Assembly (NCBI GenBank): GCA_963676835.2
Contig: CAXXFF010000003.1
Location: 256,001-320,000 of the forward strand
Reading direction: 5' to 3'
DNA length: 64,000 nt
Source of the DNA: Marispirochaeta sp.
GTDB lineage: Bacteria; Spirochaetota; Spirochaetia; JC444; Marispirochaetaceae
In this document: positions 9,864-18,948 of the stretch, in pieces
How positions within the stretch are numbered: position 1 is the stretch's first letter
Layout of the letters: each line of letters begins with the position of its first letter
Made by a program: the position numbers and the translations under genes
The notes under the pieces: model-generated
The model's input: only the letters and a program-made list of their open reading frames with translations
Databases searched by the model: none
Told to the model about the DNA's origin: nothing

Positions 9864-10739
9864 ATGAAGAAACCATTTATCATAGCTGTATCCTTTCTTT
9901 TCCTAAGCACGTTCTTTCTCTACTCTTCAGAGGTTGGTACATCCTTCACCTTCAGCAATATCGATTTTACCGATGACCGGGCTAAAACTGATACAGAAGT
10001 AAGCGGAACGGATTTCCTTTATGGTCTTTCAGTTTTCGGAAATGCTGATGTCTCTCAGGATATGAATCTCGAAACCGGACTTTTTTACGATCCCATACTC
10101 AAATATTCCATTTCGGCCCTTCTCAGTTATAGAAGTGATTTTTTTGAGCTGAAAGCAGGGCCTTTTTTCGGTGTTTTCAATGATTTCTCAACCATTTTAA
10201 AACCGGGTATTTCCACAGAAATATTGGTAGATGTACCAGGCGTAATTTTTGGCCGCTTGTCTGCAGATTCAAGCATTGGGGGAAGACTAGTCAGCAGCGG
10301 CGATTATCTCCAGGAAAAAAGTGTTCTCGGCGTCGGTTTCTATATTCCCAATGCAATTTGCGAAGCAAGTCTTTCCACAAAAACCTTCACTGAAAAAACA
10401 TCCGCCGGAGAAAAAGTTTCCAAACTGCAGGAATACGCGTTCAGCACCGATATTTACCAGAAAAACAGACCTTACCGGTTTGAGCTGACCTTCGGGTATC
10501 AGACCAGAACACTCACTTTTATTGAAACTTCGACAGTTGAACACACCTTCAACTCGTTAATTCTCGGGACCAGGATAGATCTTGCAGCGAGCAGTAAAAT
10601 GGATCTCTTTTTTGATTTGAAAAGCAATATTTATTCCTTCGGAGAAGCGGATGGAACCTTTATGGAAACCGCTACCTCCGGACTTGGAATGTATCTTTTC
10701 AGCCTGGAAACGGGTGTTTCGTTCCGGTTGGACGAATAA
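9864..10739 (+). CDS. Hypothetical exported protein, probable outer-membrane beta-barrel
   Basis: Signal peptide MKKPFII..., alternating strands, C-terminal LETGVSFRL; starts right after the upstream stop. Confidence 0.6.
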   Translation: MKKPFIIAVSFLFLSTFFLYSSEVGTSFTFSNIDFTDDRAKTDTEVSGTDFLYGLSVFGNADVSQDMNLETGLFYDPILKYSISALLSYRSDFFELKAGPFFGVFNDFSTILKPGISTEILVDVPGVIFGRLSADSSIGGRLVSSGDYLQEKSVLGVGFYIPNAICEASLSTKTFTEKTSAGEKVSKLQEYAFSTDIYQKNRPYRFELTFGYQTRTLTFIETSTVEHTFNSLILGTRIDLAASSKMDLFFDLKSNIYSFGEADGTFMETATSGLGMYLFSLETGVSFRLDE

Positions 10740-11140
10740 ACCGTAGAACCAACAGCTTGTTAGAGTCTTTACCATAGAAACTGTCCGTATTTTAACACAA
10801 GACTTCTCTATAGACTCTTACACCCTCATTATTAAACGCGCGTAATATCAATGCCTTGATCATAGACAGTTTTATCGCATCAGGTGAAACAAGTTTAGCC
10901 ATTAGCTATTTACTTCCTGCGATGAATACGCTTTCATAAAACCATAAAATGCTATGCTCTTTTCGTGTTGAAAGAGAAGCTTGATAAATCCTGAATATAA
11001 TTCTATTCGAAGGCTATAAGGTAATTCAGCCAAATGCCGGTGATATTTTATCTTGTTTTGAGTGATACTATTGTGATTATTCTTAATTTAGAACTGATTT
11101 AAATATAGAAGCTTTTTACCTGTGTCGGTCTGTAAACAAC

Positions 11141-11170
11141 AAAAAAGTCCTCCGGAAAACCGGAGGACTC
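11141..11170 (-). terminator. Intrinsic terminator of flaA
   Basis: Minus strand AGTCCTCCGG-TTTT-CCGGAGGACT running into a T6 tract. Confidence 0.88.
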
Positions 11171-11193
11171 TATTATCAAGTAGAAAGGAGAAC

Positions 11194-12153
11194 TTATTCA
11201 GCAGCAGCTGCTTCGCCTTCAACATCCTGATGCATCTTCTGAGATTCGAGGTAGCGAAGTACCTGAACGTTGCCGAGTCTTTCGAACTCTGCATTACGCC
11301 GTGCATCTTCACGCTGCTCAAGAATACCCCAGATGGATTCATCATCAACATCGGATTCCAGTGAAAGAACCGCGAGGTCGTAAGTCATGGTGATGTCCTT
11401 GACATAAGTAACGAAATCCCCGCCACCGTGCATTGCATCACGGAAAATTGCGATTCCAACCAGCTTATAGTTGGGGGCAGTTTTGGGATACAGGGGGAAC
11501 TTCTTAATTTCCCGGTTACGAACCTCATCGATATAGTTGGGGTTCTGCCAGGTAAGTGTCTTCCATCCATCAAACTCAAGGTCGTTTATGATAATAGTCT
11601 GCTCCATATTGTTCTGATCCTTCAGGATCACACCGACACGGTGGGGGAAATTTTTTCCCAGAACATTCATTGAAATACTTTTGACTACACCAACATTCTT
11701 GATAACACCGAAGTTATTGAACTTATCGGGGTCATCAGGACTGAAATATGCAGGTATTTCAAAGGGAGGCTTAATCAGCGCATAGGCGTTGTAGGACTCT
11801 TCGGGGAAGTGTACACGAACACCCATGATAGTCTCTCCGGCGTATCTACGAGCAGTATCTTTGACCGGGGCTTCCTTGGTCAGAGAGTACCGCTGGTTAA
11901 CTACAGTACGCGAAGAGCTTGACAGCTGTACGTCCCAGTTTTCAATAGCGAGGGAAGTCTTCATCTGAGTCTTCTCCTCGTCAGTAAAGCTGGTACCAGC
12001 CTTGTCGCTGAAATCGATAATCGTAGCTTCGTTTTCACCAGTTTCGGTGTCAGCAGTAAGTACTGCGAAGTCGATAAGCGTCGCTTCCTCTGCAGTGACT
12101 ATCATTCCGGAAACAACCATGAGAAGACAAAGAAAGATTGCAAACCGTTTCAT
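11194..12153 (-). CDS. flaA: Periplasmic flagellar filament sheath protein FlaA
   Basis: Signal peptide; MKTSLAIENWDVQLSSS, GVRVHFP, IKPPFEIPAY, GVIKNVGVVKSI, FDGWKTLTWQNPNYI. Confidence 0.95.
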   Translation of the reverse strand: MKRFAIFLCLLMVVSGMIVTAEEATLIDFAVLTADTETGENEATIIDFSDKAGTSFTDEEKTQMKTSLAIENWDVQLSSSSRTVVNQRYSLTKEAPVKDTARRYAGETIMGVRVHFPEESYNAYALIKPPFEIPAYFSPDDPDKFNNFGVIKNVGVVKSISMNVLGKNFPHRVGVILKDQNNMEQTIIINDLEFDGWKTLTWQNPNYIDEVRNREIKKFPLYPKTAPNYKLVGIAIFRDAMHGGGDFVTYVKDITMTYDLAVLSLESDVDDESIWGILEQREDARRNAEFERLGNVQVLRYLESQKMHQDVEGEAAAAE

Positions 12154-12194
12154 TTATTGCTCCTTTCTCACATTAATTGCATTTGCCATCTAAA

Positions 12195-12222
12195 ATTATA
12201 CGTACCCATACATTTTTGTCAA
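12195..12222 (-). promoter_or_regulatory. sigma70 promoter of flaA
   Basis: Minus strand TTGACA-16 nt-TATAAT, both hexamers consensus. Confidence 0.75.
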
Positions 12223-12271
12223 CGATTTTTCTTTTTTTTGCTCTTTTTCGAAAAAAACCTCCAGCCATATT

Positions 12272-12769
12272 CTACTCCTCAATCCCGAACCTCGGCTCGA
12301 GACCATTCACAGTTATTATGATCTTCTCAAGAAAAGGGAAGTTCACAGATAGATTGTCGACAAGGAGGTTCTTAATCTCAACAAGCTTGAGGGAATGATT
12401 TTCAAGATTAAACACTAAATTTCGGCTGAAATCTACATATACGTCATTATTCACCAGTTTAAGGTGGTTAAGTCGGGTTCCTTCCGGGAAAATCGGTACC
12501 AGCCGAAGGGTCGCCGGCCCGAGTAGAAGGTCATCCAGATAGGCACGAATGTTTGATTCCCTGTTGGATGATACACTGACATTTCGTGTTTCACCGGTGA
12601 GTTTCATGGACATTTCACGGGGAAAAATAAATTTTCGCCTTAGCTGTTTCGCCGGTTCAAGGGTGTAAAAAAGTATTGAAAGAAGCAGGAAGACCAGCAG
12701 TATTCCCCCTAACAGGAGAGGGAGCATATTAATATTGCGGGTTTTATTCACCAGAATCCTCGATATCAT
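12272..12769 (-). CDS. GerMN domain membrane-anchored protein
   Basis: N-terminal TM segment, LLLGP, IFPEGTRL, VYVDFS, ITVNG; follows an amidase. Confidence 0.75.
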   Translation of the reverse strand: MISRILVNKTRNINMLPLLLGGILLVFLLLSILFYTLEPAKQLRRKFIFPREMSMKLTGETRNVSVSSNRESNIRAYLDDLLLGPATLRLVPIFPEGTRLNHLKLVNNDVYVDFSRNLVFNLENHSLKLVEIKNLLVDNLSVNFPFLEKIIITVNGLEPRFGIEE

Positions 12770-12797
12770 GCTTGATTTTCCCTTTTACAGGATGGCT

Positions 12798-13862
12798 TTA
12801 TTCGCCGCCTTTTTCAAACTGTTCTATGTAAGCGGACAGCCCATTATAGATTCCAGCGGACACCTTCTGCAAGTACGGGCTGTTGTTCAGGAGTGCAGCT
12901 TCTGAGGGGTTTGTAACAAAACCGATTTCCGCCAGAACAGAGGGCATTCGTGCATTCCGCACCACAAACCAGGACTCCTCTTTTAATCCCCGGTTTCCAC
13001 TCTGGTCACCAATAGTCGAGTCCATACCTTTAAGAATTTCCCTGGCAAGAAGAATACTTTCGACGGTAAATTCTTCTTCCAGAATGGAATTGAGAATCGG
13101 GGCAATATTCTTCTGGTCACCATCAAGCTCATCGGGATCGATTACCTCACGGCGATATTCCGGCGGCAGATACCAGACTTCAAAACCTGTAGCTTTGCTG
13201 TTGAGGGAAGCGTTGGCATGAATGGAAAGAAATATCATTGCCTCGTTTTCTGCAAGATCTATGGCATTTGCAAAATCAGTTCTCTCTTCCAGGGCAAGAT
13301 AACGGTCGTCTTCCCGGGTCATAAGGATGTTTTTATCGGGGTATCTTTTTTTCAACAGTGCGTTTACCCTGACTGCCACATCAAGAACTATAGACTTTTC
13401 CTCAAGGGTAACCCTCTTACCCCCTATGGTGTGGGTCCCGATGGTACCGGGATCTTTGCCTCCATGCCCGGGATCGATTATAATTGTTGAGATAAAAAAT
13501 CCATCGTGTTGTGTGTTTGCAGAAAAAATCTGGATAAAGCTTTCCGCCGCAGTATCGGTGACCATTACTCTGCCCTGACTGTCCCGCCGGGGAGGATCGA
13601 TATCGACAATCCTGTTAAAATCTTTAAGCAGATAGGGCAGAGAGACTTGAAAAACCACGGAATTTCTTCCACGGTTGACAATACCCCGTTCAAGCACAGG
13701 ATCCCAGAGAAGCTCTCCCCCTACCCGTTCTATCAAACTGACTATATTTTCTTCACTGTACAGCAGAGTGGAAACGGCCATCAGCAGAAAGAGGAATAAT
13801 AATTTCAGAAGAGATTTTCTTTTTATATTATTCTGCACCTTATTTCCCGCCGATTTTACCAC
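12798..13862 (-). CDS. N-acetylmuramoyl-L-alanine amidase (Amidase_3)
   Basis: IIIDPGHGGKDPG, FLSIHAN, MPSVLAEIGFVTN. Confidence 0.93.
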   Translation of the reverse strand: MVKSAGNKVQNNIKRKSLLKLLFLFLLMAVSTLLYSEENIVSLIERVGGELLWDPVLERGIVNRGRNSVVFQVSLPYLLKDFNRIVDIDPPRRDSQGRVMVTDTAAESFIQIFSANTQHDGFFISTIIIDPGHGGKDPGTIGTHTIGGKRVTLEEKSIVLDVAVRVNALLKKRYPDKNILMTREDDRYLALEERTDFANAIDLAENEAMIFLSIHANASLNSKATGFEVWYLPPEYRREVIDPDELDGDQKNIAPILNSILEEEFTVESILLAREILKGMDSTIGDQSGNRGLKEESWFVVRNARMPSVLAEIGFVTNPSEAALLNNSPYLQKVSAGIYNGLSAYIEQFEKGGE

Positions 13863-13876
13863 TGAAACTTATACCT

Positions 13877-15499
13877 CTACACTCTTTCGAAAGAGTTATC
13901 CCAGCCACTGAAGCATTCTCCGTAAGATTTGTTATTAATAAATTCCTTGAGAGTATCTATATACCAGATACCACCCTGTATGCCACCCCGGAAAAAAGCG
14001 TGCCAGAAACCGGCCCCTGTTGAACCGTCGCCGGTCACCTGTCTGATTCCAGTCTCTTTTAGAATAGAGTTCAGAGACTGCAGCATAGTGCGACCCATCC
14101 AGTCGACATTTATAAAATTGATCTCTTCCTCAAACAACGGCGGTTTGCCAATAGTAATTCCTGATTCTCCTATTTTCTGCTTATCCGGAATTTTTTTCAG
14201 GCTTTTTATCCAGTCTCTGTTTTCTCTTACAGTAAATTGATATGCATCCGGTACCCACTTGTCACTTCTTTTCTGGAGAAACGACAGAGTCGATAGTTCT
14301 CCCGGTTTGAGACGGACAAGCACGTTCCGGCATGCCTCCTCCGCTGCGCTTGTTGCACTATTTCTATCATTATGGGAAAAGATATAGTTTCCGCATTTTT
14401 CCACATTATTATGCGGAAAACTGACCACATCGCCGGCATTCCTGGAAAGAAAAGCTGCATTTCCAGCCTGACGGTCAAATCCTTCTATCGATTGAATTGT
14501 TCCGGGTATTGAGTAAAAGGCCCTCTCGGCGGAAATTTTATGCGTTTTTTCCTCCAGACTCCCGGGATGTTCTCCCACAGCAATCTTGAGAGCGGCGGCG
14601 GTCAGGTTGACTCCCGAAGAGAGAGGATACGTCCAGCCGGACATAAACCCGCCGGACAGCCGTGCGGCAATTTCTCCGACCACAGCTCCCCTGGGGGTAA
14701 GTTTTATATCACCTTTTGCAGCCCCATTATTGATACCAAGAGCTTTCACGCCCTGCTTAAACACCTGGACCACATTTTTTACCGGAACCTCGCCGAATTC
14801 GGTGGGCATGGTATGGCCTGTTTCGATAAAATATGGCGGAAACCTGATTATTCTGTCTGCAACACCGCAGATGTTTATCTCACCATTGAAAACGAGGGCA
14901 TCAATACTGAACTCCGGCCCTTCAAGATATTCCTCAATGATTACTTTTTTCGAAGCTGAATATGCCATGGCCCGCTCGAAGGCTTCATTATACTCTTCTT
15001 TGCAGTCAACTCTGCGGATACCTCTGGCACCCATATTATCCACGGGCTTAACAACCAGAGGAAAAGAGATCGATGCAAGAGCCTCCTCCTTGAGGCCGCC
15101 ATCGCATACTTCCACAAAACGGGGAGACGGCACCTGATACTTATGGAAAACCTGTCGCATTCTGGCTTTATCGGAAGCGTTAAGGGCAGTTTCGTATCCG
15201 ATACCGGGAAGATCCGCCTTTTCTGCAGCATATGCGACACAGGCGGAGAAATCTGTGCCGGCGGTAAAAACTCCGTCCAGGCCCCTCCCGTTTTTCCATG
15301 TAACCACAGATTCTGCAATTTTTTCTTTGTCACGAATATCAATGTGCTCAAAGAAATCAGACTCCTCTATTCCCGGAGCTTTACTGTTGCCGTCGGAGCA
15401 AACAACCTCCCAGCCGAAATCCCGGGCAGCGCGAATAGCCGGAATCTGCATAACGCCGGCACCTAAAATATAGATACGCTTTCTTCGCTCTGCTTTCAC
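13877..15499 (-). CDS. ATP-grasp domain ligase
   Basis: ILGAGVMQIP, PLVVKPVDNMGARG, IIEEYLEGPEFSID, GEIAARLSGG. Confidence 0.88.
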   Translation of the reverse strand: MKAERRKRIYILGAGVMQIPAIRAARDFGWEVVCSDGNSKAPGIEESDFFEHIDIRDKEKIAESVVTWKNGRGLDGVFTAGTDFSACVAYAAEKADLPGIGYETALNASDKARMRQVFHKYQVPSPRFVEVCDGGLKEEALASISFPLVVKPVDNMGARGIRRVDCKEEYNEAFERAMAYSASKKVIIEEYLEGPEFSIDALVFNGEINICGVADRIIRFPPYFIETGHTMPTEFGEVPVKNVVQVFKQGVKALGINNGAAKGDIKLTPRGAVVGEIAARLSGGFMSGWTYPLSSGVNLTAAALKIAVGEHPGSLEEKTHKISAERAFYSIPGTIQSIEGFDRQAGNAAFLSRNAGDVVSFPHNNVEKCGNYIFSHNDRNSATSAAEEACRNVLVRLKPGELSTLSFLQKRSDKWVPDAYQFTVRENRDWIKSLKKIPDKQKIGESGITIGKPPLFEEEINFINVDWMGRTMLQSLNSILKETGIRQVTGDGSTGAGFWHAFFRGGIQGGIWYIDTLKEFINNKSYGECFSGWDNSFERV

Positions 15500-15501
15500 T
15501 A

Positions 15502-17259
15502 CTACATCCCTGCCTTGTTATCAGGTTTTACCGCATATGCTTCAAAGGTGTCGCCAAGGTACATTTTCTTTGCAAAATATTGAGAGACAGGCCAGAAAAG
15601 ACATAACCACCCCGGAAAACGCTGTCGGTGTATCCCGGTTGCACGGAAATAGATCTTTCCAAACCCCAGGTTCTTCAGAATCTTTGCCGCAGATGACGGT
15701 GACCACAGGCTGTAATGGTCCCCGGGGCTATCGGCAAAAAAGACCTTTTTGCGGGTCCTCCGGGTAATACCATCTGCATTGGGAGTAGCAAAAGCCAGTA
15801 TACCTCCCGGTTTGAGCATGGCCATAAGCGCCGGCAGGATATTTGAGAGATTCTGAAAATGCTCAATTACGTACCAGAGGCTTATAACATCAAACTGCCT
15901 GCCGCTGTTTTCAGCAAGAAAATCTTCCAGCCCGCCGTTAAATACAGAGATATGCAGATTAACCTCAACCCACGCAGCAGCATCCGCTGCGGGTTCCACA
16001 CCAAAACAGCTGAAACCCGCTTCTTCAGCGGCGGCAAGAAAAGGGCCATAGGCACACCCGATATCGAGTAATGTTTTTTGGTTTATTTTGCAGTCAAGGA
16101 TTTTATCGATTATCTTGAGTCTGGCCTTACCCATATCTTTTATGTGGCTAAAATCTTCCAGGTATGAACGCCCATACTGCCTGCTATAATCGTCAAAAAA
16201 ATAGTCTCTGTTGTACAGGGTATTGTCGGGGACCCAGGGCTGCTGGTAGATAAGCGAACAATGAGTGCACTTAAAGAAGGTACGCGCCGGTATTCGGCTT
16301 ACCACCCTTCCCCGGGATTCGCCGCATACAGGACAGACCGGCCTTCGCGGCATAAGCTCCGCCGGATGAATGCCTTCTGATGGCAATACCCTCTCCATTT
16401 TACGTGCACGTGATATTTCGTATGTTTTGACAAGTCTTATAAGTCGCTTCCGTTTTACCTTACCGGTTCCGGAAACAGGTATACCCAGAAGCCCTGCCAG
16501 GCGGCTGTGGTATCTGCTCGGATTAACGGTTACCACAGATACACCTGCGTAGACCGCTTCAAGAGCGGTAAGCCCATAGGAACAGACAAGCAGATCGTAG
16601 TCTGCCAGTTTCTCTTTAAGATTTTCCGGTTTAAACAGGCAGGAGACCCCTTCCGGCAGCTCATTCTTAAGAACACTATCTGCGCAGACAACAGTAAGAT
16701 CACCTTCTTCTGATTCAACCAAAGACATAAGCGCCTGGACTGTCGGCCGGGTTAATCCAGCCGGATCTTCGCCGCCGAAGGAGATAAGAACACGCCTGTG
16801 GGATGTTTTTCCCGGAAGTTTTTCCTTTTTATGTGCCGGAATCAGGACCGGGTCTTCCCAGAACAGATTAATTTCTCCCTGTTTCAAAACGGGAAGAGAC
16901 TGAATCAGGTAGTCAAACCTGAACCCGCCGGTATGGTATTCATCCCGGCCGGCTACCGGGGCAAGTTCCTTAAGCCAGGCCAACAGTGAATCATCGGTTT
17001 GCCGCTGATCCAGCAGAATATAGCGCCAGGAACTTTTCAAAACTTCCTCCCGGCTAACCAATAGCTCAGGAGGCAGGTTAAATCGTTGAACATCGATGGT
17101 ATGATCAAGAGCTTCCTTGTCAATGGAAGAGACGCCTCTGTCGATATAGAGCCTGAACCGTTCCGGATATGCTTGAGCAAGAGCTATACTGCGGACAAGA
17201 TGGCCGCTTCCGTTTCCTTTCCGCACAGATGGAACGATAAGAATCAGCCCGGAGAACAT
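15502..17259 (-). CDS. SpsG/PseG-like glycosyltransferase/hydrolase fused to a Zn-ribbon class I SAM methyltransferase
   Basis: GNGSGHLVRS, LISFGGEDP, GLTALEA; CPVC...CTHC; LLDIGCAYGPF, WYVIEHF, LKPGG. Start set at ATG 17259. Confidence 0.8.
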   Translation of the reverse strand: MFSGLILIVPSVRKGNGSGHLVRSIALAQAYPERFRLYIDRGVSSIDKEALDHTIDVQRFNLPPELLVSREEVLKSSWRYILLDQRQTDDSLLAWLKELAPVAGRDEYHTGGFRFDYLIQSLPVLKQGEINLFWEDPVLIPAHKKEKLPGKTSHRRVLISFGGEDPAGLTRPTVQALMSLVESEEGDLTVVCADSVLKNELPEGVSCLFKPENLKEKLADYDLLVCSYGLTALEAVYAGVSVVTVNPSRYHSRLAGLLGIPVSGTGKVKRKRLIRLVKTYEISRARKMERVLPSEGIHPAELMPRRPVCPVCGESRGRVVSRIPARTFFKCTHCSLIYQQPWVPDNTLYNRDYFFDDYSRQYGRSYLEDFSHIKDMGKARLKIIDKILDCKINQKTLLDIGCAYGPFLAAAEEAGFSCFGVEPAADAAAWVEVNLHISVFNGGLEDFLAENSGRQFDVISLWYVIEHFQNLSNILPALMAMLKPGGILAFATPNADGITRRTRKKVFFADSPGDHYSLWSPSSAAKILKNLGFGKIYFRATGIHRQRFPGWLCLFWPVSQYFAKKMYLGDTFEAYAVKPDNKAGM

Positions 17260-17260
17260 C

Positions 17261-17971
17261 TTATTTCTCCAGCGCAAGTGATTGAGAGTATTCGGCTTTT
17301 TCTGCAGCGGCACGGAGAAAACCGGTCAGATCTGCAATCTTGACAGGACTGCCGGAATAGAGACGGCAAAACAGGGAAAAAACTTTTTTATATTCGTCCA
17401 GGGTATCCATAGTTACCGAAGAACCGGGAACACACCACGCAGATGGAGCCGCTTTTCTGGTTATCCGGAATCTTTCAGGCCTTCGATATAGAAATGGACA
17501 GACATGTTCACGTTCATACAGATCGGATGCTTCATTATCTGCCTGAAGGATCGCAGCTGCTGCCACGACTTCTACACCGGTACCCAGAGGTGTATCGTTC
17601 AGACCGGCATAATCCGCATTGTCTTTAAAGAAAAGCTCCAGTGTTTTTTCTGCGACCTCAGCACTTACCAGCGGATTATCACCTGTGGCACGCACAACAG
17701 TGCTCAACCCGTAAGTACGTATAACCTCGGCATAGCGGTTGAGAACATCATCAGGAGACCCGATAAAAAGATCAAAACCGGCAGCCTCTGTTTCCGCCTT
17801 CAGAAGGGGTGCACTTTCCGCATCGGTAGCAAGGATAAATTTATCGACTCCGGAGGTCTCCTTTAAAGCATCCATAGCTCTGCGGACTACCGGTCTTCCG
17901 CAAAGATCGAGCATCGCCTTTCCGGGGAGCCTGGAAGAACCGATCCGGGCCTGAAGTACCACACCGGTCAT
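17261..17971 (-). CDS. SpsF-like cytidylyltransferase
   Basis: LQARIGSSRLPGK, GSPDDVLNRY, VVRATGDNP, REHVCP; ATGA overlap with the upstream gene. Confidence 0.88.
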   Translation of the reverse strand: MTGVVLQARIGSSRLPGKAMLDLCGRPVVRRAMDALKETSGVDKFILATDAESAPLLKAETEAAGFDLFIGSPDDVLNRYAEVIRTYGLSTVVRATGDNPLVSAEVAEKTLELFFKDNADYAGLNDTPLGTGVEVVAAAAILQADNEASDLYEREHVCPFLYRRPERFRITRKAAPSAWCVPGSSVTMDTLDEYKKVFSLFCRLYSGSPVKIADLTGFLRAAAEKAEYSQSLALEK

Positions 17972-18948
17972 ACCTCCGGGACCTCCCACAGATCTGTTAT
18001 ACGCCGGGCGTCCTGTACAAAACGGTACTGATGCAGCTTGACCCAGCTGCGTATGACCTTAAACTCCCGGAATGCTTCCGCAAAAGAAGCTCCCCCCCGG
18101 AGGTAATAGCTTAAAAAACGTGTTAGCGGCAGAATACCGCGGTCTTTATCAAACTTTGGAAAGAGATTTTTCAGGTAAAAACGCCGGTAACCTGCATCCG
18201 GGGTGGTATCGTCAACTTCCGTTTCCGCAGTCATGGTAATGCGGAACTGGTTGGATGAGTTTATCTTCTCACCCCACAGGTGGGCTCTGAATCCGAAGTC
18301 AAGCAGCTGCCAGTACGGGTTTGAAATAAGCGGGTCAAAGCCTTCAAGCAGCTGAAAACTCTGCCTGCGGTACAGTCCGCAATGATCATAGGGAAAAAGA
18401 GAGGGAACTGATTCTCCCTTTGGAACAAAAGGAAGCACTTTCAATCTTTTTTTCTGAAACCCCGGGGAGATAATACTGGGAATCATCTCATTTTTCTGGT
18501 TTGAAAGAACAGGCACCGAGCAGAGCCCCGTATTTTCCGCCACCCGCTCAAGTACTTTCAGACTGATCTGATTCAGCTTCATATCGTTCCAGACCACCAG
18601 AACAAAGGTTCCGGAAGCCTCTTCCATACCGAGATTGAGATATTCGCCTATGCTTACCGGTTCATGAAGCCTGATAAAACGGATATCGGGATGCTTCCTC
18701 GCCAGAGGCTCAAGATCATAATTATTCCGGACTCCTTCAATGCTGATAATTTCAGCCGGCAGCAGGTGTTCCATTCCGGCAAGGGTCTCACTCCGATGAA
18801 CCCGGGTTCCCCGGTTAAGCAGCAGGATTGAGAGGGGACGTTCTGCTGCGGCATCTCCGCCGCGGGAACCGCCGAGAACGGTATAGGTATGCTTAAGATC
18901 CTTAGTAGTTGTAGGTGTAGTACTCATCACACTCTCTGCATATTTCAA
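17968..18948 (-). CDS. Glycosyltransferase family 2-like protein; start may be 18927
   Basis: LNLGMEEA, VLVVWND, GFDP...DFGFRAHLWG resemble the GT-A fold; operon context. Confidence 0.65.
   Translation of the reverse strand: MKYAESVMSTTPTTTKDLKHTYTVLGGSRGGDAAAERPLSILLLNRGTRVHRSETLAGMEHLLPAEIISIEGVRNNYDLEPLARKHPDIRFIRLHEPVSIGEYLNLGMEEASGTFVLVVWNDMKLNQISLKVLERVAENTGLCSVPVLSNQKNEMIPSIISPGFQKKRLKVLPFVPKGESVPSLFPYDHCGLYRRQSFQLLEGFDPLISNPYWQLLDFGFRAHLWGEKINSSNQFRITMTAETEVDDTTPDAGYRRFYLKNLFPKFDKDRGILPLTRFLSYYLRGGASFAEAFREFKVIRSWVKLHQYRFVQDARRITDLWEVPEV

Noticed and set aside
10760..11100. Possible ncRNA or gene between the second exported-protein gene and flaA
   Set aside because: Only short ORFs and no convincing structure; possibly decayed DNA.
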